Shown: piece by piece, positions 36,157-45,174 of the stretch
Position numbering within the stretch: position 1 is the stretch's first letter
How the letters are laid out: the number at the start of each line of letters is the position of its first letter
DNA from: Candidatus Cloacimonadales bacterium
Lineage (GTDB): Bacteria > Cloacimonadota > Cloacimonadia > Cloacimonadales > JAFGVF01
NCBI GenBank assembly: GCA_963692475.1
Contig: OY829950.1
Span: 1,364,554-1,428,553, forward strand
Direction of reading: 5' to 3'
Length of the DNA: 64,000 nucleotides
The notes under the pieces: model-generated
The model's database searches: none
Seen by the model: only the letters and a program-made list of their open reading frames with translations
Told to the model about the DNA's origin: nothing
Translations under genes and position numbers: made by a program

Positions 36157-36957
36157 ATGAAGAAGATATATAGATATTCAGAACATAAATTTTTAGCTTT
36201 TCCAAAGCAAAAACAGCTTATGATTATCTTAGAGATGTTAGAAGTTTTAGAAAAGAATTTTCATATAGATGAATACGCACAAGCATTACAAAAATCTCTA
36301 CTTGAATGTTTGGGTTTTATAGAAAATAGTGGGAATCATCTCCTTGATTCTTTAAAGAAATATGACTTAGAAAAACTTTCAAAGGTCATAGATTTTCGTG
36401 ATGAATTATTAAAAAAACATAGTTTATTTTTAAGAGACAATGACATCATAGTTAAGAGATATGATTCTCTAAATAATGAAATTAGGAAATTCCCGTTAGT
36501 AATAATTTTGGACAATCTAAGATCTGCCTTTAATGTTGGTTCTATTGTTAGGACTTCTGAGTGTCTTGGAGTCTCAGAATTAGCACTATGTGGAAAAACA
36601 CCAGGTCCTGAGAATAGGAAAGTTTTAGAAACTTCTATGGAAACATTACACTTCGTAAAGATGGTAAGCTATAAATCAACTTCTGAAGCTATAGCCTCCT
36701 ATAGAATGCAAGGCTATGAAATAGTAGCTTTAGAATTAACCACTAGTTCAATCATGTTAGAAGATTATAATCCTTCTACGAAAGTAGCACTTGTCATCGG
36801 AAATGAATCATTAGGAATAGCAGAAGAAATTTTGGCGTCATGCGATAAGATATTAGAGATTAGGATGCACGGAATTAAAAATTCATTAAATGTAAGTAAT
36901 GCAACAGCCATTGCAATACACACGCTTACCAATAAATTGGAGGATAACAATGATTAA
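36157..36957 (+). CDS. TrmH/SpoU family RNA 2'-O-methyltransferase with a ~110-aa N-terminal extension
   Basis: SpoU motifs LDNLRSAFNVGSIVRTSECLGV, VIGNESLGI and IRMHGIKNSLNVSNATAIAIH. Confidence 0.8.
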   Translation: MKKIYRYSEHKFLAFPKQKQLMIILEMLEVLEKNFHIDEYAQALQKSLLECLGFIENSGNHLLDSLKKYDLEKLSKVIDFRDELLKKHSLFLRDNDIIVKRYDSLNNEIRKFPLVIILDNLRSAFNVGSIVRTSECLGVSELALCGKTPGPENRKVLETSMETLHFVKMVSYKSTSEAIASYRMQGYEIVALELTTSSIMLEDYNPSTKVALVIGNESLGIAEEILASCDKILEIRMHGIKNSLNVSNATAIAIHTLTNKLEDNND

Positions 36958-37504
36958 TAGAGAAGAAGCAAAAATAATTTTGAATAAGTATTTAAGTAAG
37001 GAAAGTTTGCAACAGCATTGCCTTGCTACAGCTCTAATTATGGAAAGGATTGCTGAGCAACTCGGAGCAGATAGAGAAGAGTATTATATAGCAGGATACT
37101 TACACGATATTGACTTAGAGCTTGTTGGTGATGATTTAGTTATTCATGCTAAAAAAGGAGTTGAGATTCTAAAACAATATGATATTCCTCAAAACTTGTT
37201 GAATGCGATTCTTGCTCATAATAAGCATAAAGAGTTAGAAACAGACATGGAAAAAGCTCTATGGATAGCCGACCCTGTAAATGGCTTGGTGATTGCTTCA
37301 GCTCTTATGCGTCCTGACAAATCTATAGCGAGCATGAATCTGAAATCTTTAAAGAAAAAATATAAATCTAAGAACTTTGCAGCAGGAGTTTCACGTGCAC
37401 AGATTGAAGATTGTCAGCTACTTAACTATACTTTAGATGAGTTTTTACAATTAGCAATTGACGCTCTTGCTCCGCATGAAAAAGATTTAGGATTAGGAGC
37501 TTGA
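36950..37504 (+). CDS. HD-domain metal-dependent phosphohydrolase
   Basis: The ATG at 36950 lies 5 nt after GGAGG and overlaps the upstream stop by 8 nt; the track start at 36899 would lie deep inside the previous gene. HD motif in HCLATALIM...AGYLHDIDLE...AILAHN. Confidence 0.7.
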   Translation: MINREEAKIILNKYLSKESLQQHCLATALIMERIAEQLGADREEYYIAGYLHDIDLELVGDDLVIHAKKGVEILKQYDIPQNLLNAILAHNKHKELETDMEKALWIADPVNGLVIASALMRPDKSIASMNLKSLKKKYKSKNFAAGVSRAQIEDCQLLNYTLDEFLQLAIDALAPHEKDLGLGA

Positions 37505-37505
37505 T

Positions 37506-37826
37506 TTGAATAATCCTCTGCTTAGTATTCTCTTACTCTCGATTTTCTTTATATTAAATATCTTAGATGCCCATTCTACATGGTTAGTTATAAAACCTAA
37601 CCACTATAACCGTGAAAAGAACATTATAGCCAGATTTTTTTTTAGAAAATTAGGAATTTTAAGAGGTATAGTCTTGTTTAAAATACTGCTTTTACTATTC
37701 CTCGCTCTTATTATTTGGTTCTTTGTGCTACCAGAATACTTAACTCTTAATGTTTCGATTTTAATTGGTGATTTGATATTCATTATAGTTGTGCTGAATA
37801 ATTATCGAATTTTTAGAAAACTATAG
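37506..37826 (+). CDS. small 3-TM membrane protein (possibly DUF5658-like)
   Basis: 106 aa and strongly hydrophobic. TTG start 1 nt after the upstream stop. Followed by a terminator. Confidence 0.5.
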   Translation: MNNPLLSILLLSIFFILNILDAHSTWLVIKPNHYNREKNIIARFFFRKLGILRGIVLFKILLLLFLALIIWFFVLPEYLTLNVSILIGDLIFIIVVLNNYRIFRKL

Positions 37827-37856
37827 GGACGAATTTACTTCGTCCCTATTCTTTTT
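37824..37856. terminator. bidirectional rho-independent terminator between convergent genes
   Basis: Stem gggacgaa / ttcgtccc with a 5-nt loop and a T-run (tattcttttt) downstream. Confidence 0.65.
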
Positions 37857-37867
37857 ATAATTTAAAT

Positions 37868-38773
37868 TTATTTACTATTTGCTACAAGTAAACCCATTGC
37901 CATACAGAGCATCTTAGTTTCACCTGAATCAGCCCTTGAAGGGATCAGGATAGGAACTTTAGTACCCATAACAGCATGAGCAACACGGTAGTTACAGTAA
38001 TAAGTCAACATTTTACCATAGATATTACCAGCTTCTATATTTGGAACTATCATCACATCAGCCTTTCCACCTACTGGAGAATCAATACCTTTTATTTTAC
38101 AAGCTTCAATATCTATTGCATTATCAAAAGCCAAAGGACCATCTACAGTACAAGCTTTGATTTGCCCTCTTTTATTCATAGCTGATATAATTGCAGCATC
38201 TATTGTTGCCGGCATTTTGGGATTAACTTTTTCAACTGCACATATTAGAGCAATTTTAGGATCTTCAATACCGAAAGCGCGTGCAACTTGAGCCCCACTA
38301 TTAACAATAGCTACTTTTTCTGCTAAATCAGGTAATAGATTTATACCACCATCACCCATGAATAGAATCTTTTCAGGATGTTCATAAGCAAGAATATCAC
38401 AAATAACTTTGCTTGTTCTAATTCCAGTCTCTTTATCTAAGACAGCTTTTAAAAGAACAGCAGTGTCTGCTTTCCCTTTCAGAATAACGTGTCCTTTTTC
38501 TTCCTTGGCTAATCTTACACTCTCTTTACAGGCTGCGACTAAATCAGTTCCTGTATCCACAATTTCAAAACTATCAGCGATTTCAGGAGCTATTGATTGT
38601 AATAGATGCTTTATTTTTTGAGCATCCCCTACAAGAATACTATCACAAAGACCCTCTGTCTTAGCTAAGATAGCAGCTTCAATAGGTAATTCACCTTGAG
38701 CCCCGGCAATAATTGCCTTTTTCCCTTCTATAGCCTTGGCAGCTTCTAACATCTCTGTAAAGTTTTTAATCAT
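37868..38773 (-). CDS. phosphate butyryl/acetyltransferase (PTA_PTB family)
   Basis: 301 aa with blocks ILVGD, VILKGKADTAVLLKAVL, GDGGINLLPD and MIVPNIEAGNI. Confidence 0.8.
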   Translation of the reverse strand: MIKNFTEMLEAAKAIEGKKAIIAGAQGELPIEAAILAKTEGLCDSILVGDAQKIKHLLQSIAPEIADSFEIVDTGTDLVAACKESVRLAKEEKGHVILKGKADTAVLLKAVLDKETGIRTSKVICDILAYEHPEKILFMGDGGINLLPDLAEKVAIVNSGAQVARAFGIEDPKIALICAVEKVNPKMPATIDAAIISAMNKRGQIKACTVDGPLAFDNAIDIEACKIKGIDSPVGGKADVMIVPNIEAGNIYGKMLTYYCNYRVAHAVMGTKVPILIPSRADSGETKMLCMAMGLLVANSK

Positions 38774-38784
38774 TCATCCTCCAT

Positions 38785-39645
38785 TTATAATTCATTATTT
38801 TTAAAATACTCTTCAAATTTCTCTTTATGATAAGAAATCTTTTCTCTAATTTTCTCTAATGCTATTATCTGAAGTTGTCTAACTCTTTCTCTTGATAATC
38901 CCATTTTTTCTGCAATCTGTGCAAAGTTTTCAGACTTATTATCCTTCAATCCAAAATAAGAATTTATAATAAACTTCTCTCTGGGACTTAGAGATTCAAT
39001 AGCATTATCAATCTCTGTACTAATTTTCTCTTTATAGTAGATTGATTGAGGATCTTGGGATTCGACATTACTTATAAAATCACCAAGAGACAATCCATCA
39101 TCATCGCCAATTTTGGAATCCATAGAAAGAGTGTCAACAATTTGATGTTTCAATTTCTTGATAATTTTTTCATTTATATCTGTGTTATGACTAAGTTCTT
39201 GATCAGAAGCATGCCTACCTGTTTTAGTATAGATAGAAGACTCGGTTGATTTTAACTTATAAGCAGTATTGATTTTACCAAGTGGTACTTTAATCATTGA
39301 GCTTCTTTCAGCTACTGCTTGCATAATCTTTTGCTTAATCCACCAAATTGCATAAGAGATTAATTTGATATTCTTATCAGGGTCAAACTTTTGAATAGCC
39401 CTGATTAGCCCTAAATTCCCTTCGCTTATGAGCTCAGAAAGTGTTAAACCCCGATTCTGATATTTCGCAGCTATCTTTACAACAAACTTTAAATTAGCTT
39501 GAAGAAGTTTATTCATTGCATCTTGATCTCCCTTAGCGGCTCTGATGGCAAGAGCATTCTCCTCTTCTCTTGTGTAAGTTCCAAATTTTGAAATCTGGTT
39601 TAAATAACTCTGAAGGGCTTTGTCAGAAAATACATTTTCACTCAT
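38785..39645 (-). CDS. sigma-70 family sigma factor, short Bacteroidota-sigmaA-like form (no region 1.1)
   Basis: Region 2 is LISEGNLGLIRAIQKFDPDKNIKLISYAIWWIKQKI, region 3 is VPLGKINTAYKL, and region 4 is IAEKMGLSRERVRQLQIIALEKIR. 286 aa. Confidence 0.8.
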   Translation of the reverse strand: MSENVFSDKALQSYLNQISKFGTYTREEENALAIRAAKGDQDAMNKLLQANLKFVVKIAAKYQNRGLTLSELISEGNLGLIRAIQKFDPDKNIKLISYAIWWIKQKIMQAVAERSSMIKVPLGKINTAYKLKSTESSIYTKTGRHASDQELSHNTDINEKIIKKLKHQIVDTLSMDSKIGDDDGLSLGDFISNVESQDPQSIYYKEKISTEIDNAIESLSPREKFIINSYFGLKDNKSENFAQIAEKMGLSRERVRQLQIIALEKIREKISYHKEKFEEYFKNNEL

Positions 39646-39670
39646 TTTATCTCCTAATTTTCTGGGGAAT

Positions 39671-40705
39671 TTATATCTTTTTTAGATTATTAATCTCAGA
39701 TATAATTTTGGCTGGGTCAATGGGTTTATTAACCACTCTTATCTCAAAATGTAGATGTGGACCTGTTGACCTTCCAGTAGAACCTAAACGGGCTATAACA
39801 TCACCCTTATTAATTTTGTCACTCTTTTTAACTAAATTTATCTCATTATGAGCATAGACTGTTACAACTTCATTTCCATGCTCTACTATTATTACATTGC
39901 CGTAATCTCTCAAAAAACCTGTATATGTTACAGTCCCTGCAAAAGCTGCTTTTATCGCTGTACCTGGAGGCGCTGAGATATCAACCCCTTTATGTAGCCT
40001 TCCCCCTCTCATCCCAAAAGGTGAAGAGACTCGACCATTTACAGGTAATAAAAAAGCATTTTCCCATTCTGCTGGGAATTTATTAGCATTTCCTGTATTA
40101 GGAGATGAATAAACACTTGAAGAAGTCTTCTTAGTAGTTTCAGCTTTTACTATAGCTTTGTTTTCAGATGTTTTCTTTGCTACTGTTTTTCTTGGTTCTG
40201 CAATTTTATCTTTCTTTTCAGCAATCTTTATATTACTCTTTTGCGTAGTCTTACTCTCAAACTTTTTAATATAGAGCTCCTGATCAATTGATAATAAATC
40301 AGAATTTAGACTGTTTAATTCTTTTAATTGTGCGACAGTAATTCCAAAATTTCGACTAATCCCGTACATGGTATCACCAGCCTGAACTCTATAAATCAAG
40401 CCAGAATTAGTTTTAATAGTCTTATACTCTTTATCAATAACTTTTTCATTCTTTACAATAGTCTCTTTTTTTGATAACTCATGGTCAGGTAAAGGAATAA
40501 AGAGTCTTTCTCCAATTATTAAATCTGTATAATATTTATCATTATAATATTTTATAGTAGAAACTGGGATTTTATATTCTCTACTAATTTTTTCCAAAGT
40601 ATCTCCACTTTTAACAACATAAATAAAACCTTCACTTCTCCCTTTATTTAAGGAACAAGCAGAAAGTATCATTATAATTATTAATAGAGAGACTCTTAAT
40701 TTCAT
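39671..40705 (-). CDS. LysM-domain M23 family peptidoglycan metalloendopeptidase
   Basis: Lipoprotein-like signal (LSAC) and two LysM repeats (YVVKSGDTLEKISREY and YRVQAGDTMYGISRNF). M23 motifs HKGVDISAP and STGPHLHFEI. Confidence 0.85.
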   Translation of the reverse strand: MKLRVSLLIIIMILSACSLNKGRSEGFIYVVKSGDTLEKISREYKIPVSTIKYYNDKYYTDLIIGERLFIPLPDHELSKKETIVKNEKVIDKEYKTIKTNSGLIYRVQAGDTMYGISRNFGITVAQLKELNSLNSDLLSIDQELYIKKFESKTTQKSNIKIAEKKDKIAEPRKTVAKKTSENKAIVKAETTKKTSSSVYSSPNTGNANKFPAEWENAFLLPVNGRVSSPFGMRGGRLHKGVDISAPPGTAIKAAFAGTVTYTGFLRDYGNVIIVEHGNEVVTVYAHNEINLVKKSDKINKGDVIARLGSTGRSTGPHLHFEIRVVNKPIDPAKIISEINNLKKI

Positions 40706-40971
40706 TTTATATAAAATCCTTCAAAGTTATTTTCTAATGGTATTGTAAAGAACTCCAACTTCTTTACTCTTGAGAATAGATTTCCTTGCTTTACTTTATC
40801 AATAAAAAGTTCTATATTTATTTTTTCCCCAGTAGCAATAATATATACATCTCTTGTGAACCTATTTTTCACATATCCAGAGATATTATAAATATTTGCC
40901 AGGTCTAAAACAAAGCGCCTAAACCCAACTCCTTGGACTTTTCCAGTAACTACAATTTCGCAACTTATCAT
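40702..40971 (-). CDS. acyP: acylphosphatase
   Basis: VTGKVQGVGFRRFV ... ISGYVKN is the canonical acylphosphatase signature. 89 aa. Confidence 0.8.
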   Translation of the reverse strand: MISCEIVVTGKVQGVGFRRFVLDLANIYNISGYVKNRFTRDVYIIATGEKINIELFIDKVKQGNLFSRVKKLEFFTIPLENNFEGFYIK

Positions 40972-41598
40972 AATTTAAAGAATAATACAATTACTAAATT
41001 GATGTCAAGATAAAATTTTTATAATTTTGCAAAATCTGTATTTTTATCAGTTCAGATATCTATTCACTAGGAAGTAATTTTATCTTTAGTATTATAGATG
41101 AAGTAGGTTAATACTCTTTACCAATTTATAAGAATGATGAACTTTATTACCAAGTCAATTAGCTTGATACGGCACATTGCTAGCTGTTTCATATCCCCTT
41201 TAGTACTACCTTTAAAGCACCTTAATAACTATCTCAACAAGTTTCCAACAACTAATTGAGACACCTTTTAGGGTCTATCAAAGAACAATATCAAACCCTT
41301 TCATAATTCTCTATTTAATAAATTTATGGCTTTAGAAATTGGTTTGTTCTACGATAAAAGGACTAATAATTATTCTCAAAAAATCAGTATCACTCTCTAA
41401 ATTCTCTAACCATTACTATATTTATTAACCAAGGGCAGGCAGAATCATACTCTCTTTCCTTAGACACTAAACTCATTCCTACCTATTCTTCTTGCATTTT
41501 GGCTATACATTTTTGCGATTCAAATGAGTTTTTGAACAATTTTTAAATAAACTCTTGCCAAAAAAAAGAACACTATATAAAAAAGATAAAGGTATAAA

Positions 41599-43425
41599 AT
41601 GAGTATAGGAAAAGAAAATTTGAAAATAAAAAAATTACTGTTGATATTCTTGAGTTTAATAGGTCTTAGCTACTTGATAAGTGAAGAGCCAATTCTCCAC
41701 TATCTTTTAGAAGCTGACAAATTCTCATATCATATAGTTGAGAAGGGTGATCAACTCAATACCGATAATCTAAACTCAGATTTATTAGATTGGCATAATA
41801 TTGATTTTTTGAGCTATAAAGAGAAGAAAAGTTTCTCTAAGATTCTTTATAGATTAGAGCTACCTGATTCTTTAAGTACAAACAATAGAATTTTCTTTAT
41901 TGGTTATTATACCGCTTTCAAGGTCTATTACAACTCTCAAGAAATTTATTCAGATTCTACACGTACTGAATTTATTCACCTTCTTTCCTTGAACTATAAT
42001 CCTCAAGAAAAATATCTCTACTTCCTCTATGATGAGGTAATCCCCGGATATCCAGTACCATTTTCTTTAGTATTTCTAAATGAAGATATGTCCGATACAC
42101 CTTTTGTTTACTTAATCATTGAATTAATCTTTGTTCAAATTCTAAATTATTCTGTAGCTATATTTTTCTTTTTAATTGCCCTCATTAGCCTTTTCCTTCT
42201 CCTTAGAAGCGCTAAATCTATAAAAAAATATCTCTTTGCAGTATTTTTTTACTCCCTCATAATTGGCTTAGATCATGGACTGAACACGCTGTTAATGGCT
42301 TATACAGGAATATCCCCTAAAATCTACTATTGGATAGATTCGATGATGTTCCAACTCTTCTTAATAATGATTGTTACCATGGCTGACTTCGTTTTTTCTG
42401 ATGGGAAATCAAAATTCTTGCGTCTGTTAAAGTACCTAATCATTATTATAACCATAATTAATTTGTTACTCACAAACCTTATTCAGTTTTATAAGATATT
42501 TGATAACCTAAATATCTCCTTATATGCTATAACAATCATTTATTTAGTCTTTTACTTAATCAAAAATTTCAAATATATCAAAGAGAAATTAAACATCTTT
42601 GTGGCAATAATCTTTATACTTGCTCCACTACTGATGTTCATAACTCGAAACCTTAAATATGTCCCTTATGTCTCCTCAATATATGTTCTAATATCAGTTT
42701 CTATTCTCTATATTTTTGTCTATAATTTCTTTGCCAGATTTAGGTATAATGAAACAATTTTGTTCAATACTAAGTTAGATTTGCAAGAGAAAGAGAATGA
42801 AATTCTCAGATTGGAAAAAGACCAACTCAAGAATAGCGTTTCTCATTTAAAAGGACAGCTCAATCCTCACTTCTTATTCAATAGTTTATCAACTCTAACT
42901 GGAATTATCCATCTGGACCAAGAAAAAGCTGTTAATTATGTTGAAGAGCTTTCAAACATGTACCGTTATATTCTCCAGACTGATAGCAAGGAGCTAGTAA
43001 ATTTAGCTTCTGAGCTGGAGTTAGTTGATTCATATACTTACTTAATTCAAATGAAGTATGGAAAGAATTTTACTTTGAATATAGATATTGATGATGAATT
43101 TCTAGAATATAACTTACCCCCTTTATCTCTCCAAACAATGTTAGAAAATGTCTTTAAGCACAATACAATTGATGTTAATCATAAAATGAATATTGACATT
43201 TTTATAGATAAAATGTATATTGTAATAATTAATGATATTCATAAAAAGGAATCAGCTTTTCAATATAAAGAGAAATCCCCAGGTATCGGACAACAGAATA
43301 TTTCCGCTATCTACCAATATTATAGCAAAAGAAAGCCTATATATGAAGTAATTGATAATAAATATATTGTAAAAATACCACTAATTGATAAGGATGTGAA
43401 ATATGTTAAATTTACTAATCATTGA
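41599..43425 (+). CDS. LytS/YehU-type sensor histidine kinase with a 7TM (7TMR-DISM-like) input region
   Basis: N-terminal extracytoplasmic domain plus about 7 TM helices. His_kinase block LKGQLNPHFLFNSLSTL and ATPase region LPPLSLQTMLENVFKHN. Confidence 0.8.
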   Translation: MSIGKENLKIKKLLLIFLSLIGLSYLISEEPILHYLLEADKFSYHIVEKGDQLNTDNLNSDLLDWHNIDFLSYKEKKSFSKILYRLELPDSLSTNNRIFFIGYYTAFKVYYNSQEIYSDSTRTEFIHLLSLNYNPQEKYLYFLYDEVIPGYPVPFSLVFLNEDMSDTPFVYLIIELIFVQILNYSVAIFFFLIALISLFLLLRSAKSIKKYLFAVFFYSLIIGLDHGLNTLLMAYTGISPKIYYWIDSMMFQLFLIMIVTMADFVFSDGKSKFLRLLKYLIIIITIINLLLTNLIQFYKIFDNLNISLYAITIIYLVFYLIKNFKYIKEKLNIFVAIIFILAPLLMFITRNLKYVPYVSSIYVLISVSILYIFVYNFFARFRYNETILFNTKLDLQEKENEILRLEKDQLKNSVSHLKGQLNPHFLFNSLSTLTGIIHLDQEKAVNYVEELSNMYRYILQTDSKELVNLASELELVDSYTYLIQMKYGKNFTLNIDIDDEFLEYNLPPLSLQTMLENVFKHNTIDVNHKMNIDIFIDKMYIVIINDIHKKESAFQYKEKSPGIGQQNISAIYQYYSKRKPIYEVIDNKYIVKIPLIDKDVKYVKFTNH

Positions 43426-44200
43426 AGATGAAGAAATTATTGCTCAACGTTTAGTGCAGTTGTTAGATCAAATAAAAGTAGATTACCATCTTTGTGCCAT
43501 TATAGGTTCAGTTAAAGAAACTATTGAATGGCTAACCGAAAATGACCATCCTGATTTGATTTTTGCTGATATTCAGCTATCTGATGGAAATAGCTTTTCC
43601 ATCTTTAAAGCTATTGAGGTTAAATCTAAAATTATCTTTACTACATCCTATGATGAATTTGCTCTTGATGCTTTCAAGGTAAATAGTATCGATTATCTAC
43701 TCAAGCCAATTACTGCTAAAAAACTACAAAAAGCCTTTGATAAGTTAGAAGAAATGAGTCTTGCTTTTGCAAATACTCAAGATGATACAGAAGCCGAAAC
43801 TGTAACTGAACAAGACAAAATTAATCACTTGTTAGACTATTTAGATCATAAAGATAAAGACTTTAGAAATAGATTCTTGATTAAAATGGGTAATGCTTAT
43901 AAATCTATAACTGCAGAAGAAATTGCCTATTTCTTTGTTTCTAATAAGACAACATATTTAATGACTTTGACCAAGAGAAAATACTCTCTTGACACCCCTC
44001 TTGATGAACTTGATAAAGAATTAGATCCAAAGCTTTTCTTTAGAATTAATCGCCAAATGATTATTAATATCAACGCTATTCAAGAGATTCATACTTTCTT
44101 TAATAGCAGACTATTACTCCACATTGAACCACCTTTTGAAGAAGATGTTTTAGTTACAAGATCAAATATTGCTAAATTTAAAGAGTGGATGAATAGCTAA
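43403..44200 (+). CDS. LytTR-family response regulator
   Basis: Receiver LLIIEDEE...DLIFADIQLSDG...K and C-terminal LytTR domain (FFRINRQMIININAI). Overlaps the kinase gene by 23 nt. Confidence 0.85.
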   Translation: MLNLLIIEDEEIIAQRLVQLLDQIKVDYHLCAIIGSVKETIEWLTENDHPDLIFADIQLSDGNSFSIFKAIEVKSKIIFTTSYDEFALDAFKVNSIDYLLKPITAKKLQKAFDKLEEMSLAFANTQDDTEAETVTEQDKINHLLDYLDHKDKDFRNRFLIKMGNAYKSITAEEIAYFFVSNKTTYLMTLTKRKYSLDTPLDELDKELDPKLFFRINRQMIININAIQEIHTFFNSRLLLHIEPPFEEDVLVTRSNIAKFKEWMNS

Positions 44201-44248
44201 CTATTTCTACAAATACTCAAAATCATAAACAAGTTTCCTAAATGCAAA

Positions 44249-44283
44249 CAAAAAAGCGGAAGATTTAAATCTTCCGCTTTATA
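44249..44283. terminator. bidirectional terminator between the LytTR operon and rpsG
   Basis: Perfect 24-bp dyad agcggaagatttaaatcttccgct flanked by an A-run and a T-run. Confidence 0.75.
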
Positions 44284-44297
44284 TAACTAATTTATAA

Positions 44298-44768
44298 TTA
44301 GAATCTTAAGTGAGCAAAAGCTTTGTTAGCTTCAGCCATTTTGTGAGTATCTTCTCTTTTCTTAATAGTAGATCCCTCTTTTTTGTAGATAGCTATTAAC
44401 TCAGCAGCTAATTTATCTCTCATGTTCTTTTCATTACGACCACGAGCAACTGAGATAATCCATCTGAAAGCAATAGCTCTACCTGCTTTTTCTGAAACTT
44501 CTTCAGGTACTTGGTAGTTAGCACCACCAACACGACGAGAAGTAACTTTTACAAGAGGTCTAGCATTTGTTAAAGCTTCTTTGAATACTTCTAAAGGGTC
44601 TTTTTTGAGTTTTTCTTCGATAATCTCAAAAGCTCCATAAACAATCTGTTCTGCAACAGATTTTTTACCATGTGACATAACACCGTTTATAAATTTACTA
44701 AGTATTACATCATTATATTTTGGATCAGGTAATACTGTTCTTTCTATGGCTTTGCGTTTTCTTGGCAT
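44298..44768 (-). CDS. rpsG: 30S ribosomal protein S7
   Basis: 156 aa. MPRKRKAIERTVLPDPKY...SRRVGGANYQVP. Confidence 0.97.
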   Translation of the reverse strand: MPRKRKAIERTVLPDPKYNDVILSKFINGVMSHGKKSVAEQIVYGAFEIIEEKLKKDPLEVFKEALTNARPLVKVTSRRVGGANYQVPEEVSEKAGRAIAFRWIISVARGRNEKNMRDKLAAELIAIYKKEGSTIKKREDTHKMAEANKAFAHLRF

Positions 44769-44777
44769 ATCTTACTC

Positions 44778-45155
44778 CTATTTTTTCTTTGGTCGTCTTG
44801 TTCCGTATTTAGAACGAGAGTTAGTTCTGTTTTCAACACCTGAACAGTCTAAAGATCCACGTACGATGTGATATCTCACACCAGGTAAATCTTTAACACG
44901 ACCACCACGAACTAATACAAGTGAATGCTCTTGTAAGTTATGACCTTCACCTGGTATATAAGCAGTAACTTCTATACCATTTGATAAACGTACACGAGCA
45001 ACTTTACGCAACGCTGAGTTAGGTTTCTTAGGTGTTGTTGTGTACACTCTTGTACAAACACCCCTTCTCTGTGGGCACTCATTTAATGCACGGTTGTTTT
45101 TTCTTTTTTCAACCGTTTTTCTTCCTTTTCTAATTAACTGGTTAATTGTAGGCAC
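44778..45155 (-). CDS. rpsL: 30S ribosomal protein S12
   Basis: [12 protein letters not shown]...[17 protein letters not shown]. Confidence 0.97.
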   Translation of the reverse strand: MPTINQLIRKGRKTVEKRKNNRALNECPQRRGVCTRVYTTTPKKPNSALRKVARVRLSNGIEVTAYIPGEGHNLQEHSLVLVRGGRVKDLPGVRYHIVRGSLDCSGVENRTNSRSKYGTRRPKKK

Positions 45156-45174
45156 AATCTACCTCCATCCTTTA

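Noticed and set aside
36899-36949. The upstream start (36899) offered by the ORF track for the HD-domain protein.
   Set aside because: It would overlap the TrmH-family gene by 59 nt. The ATG at 36950 has a GGAGG 5 nt upstream and gives the usual short overlap.
44200-44298. Expectation of fusA downstream of rpsG.
   Set aside because: Only 97 nt with a strong bidirectional terminator separate rpsG from the convergent LytTR gene. fusA is simply not in this window; it is not a missed ORF.
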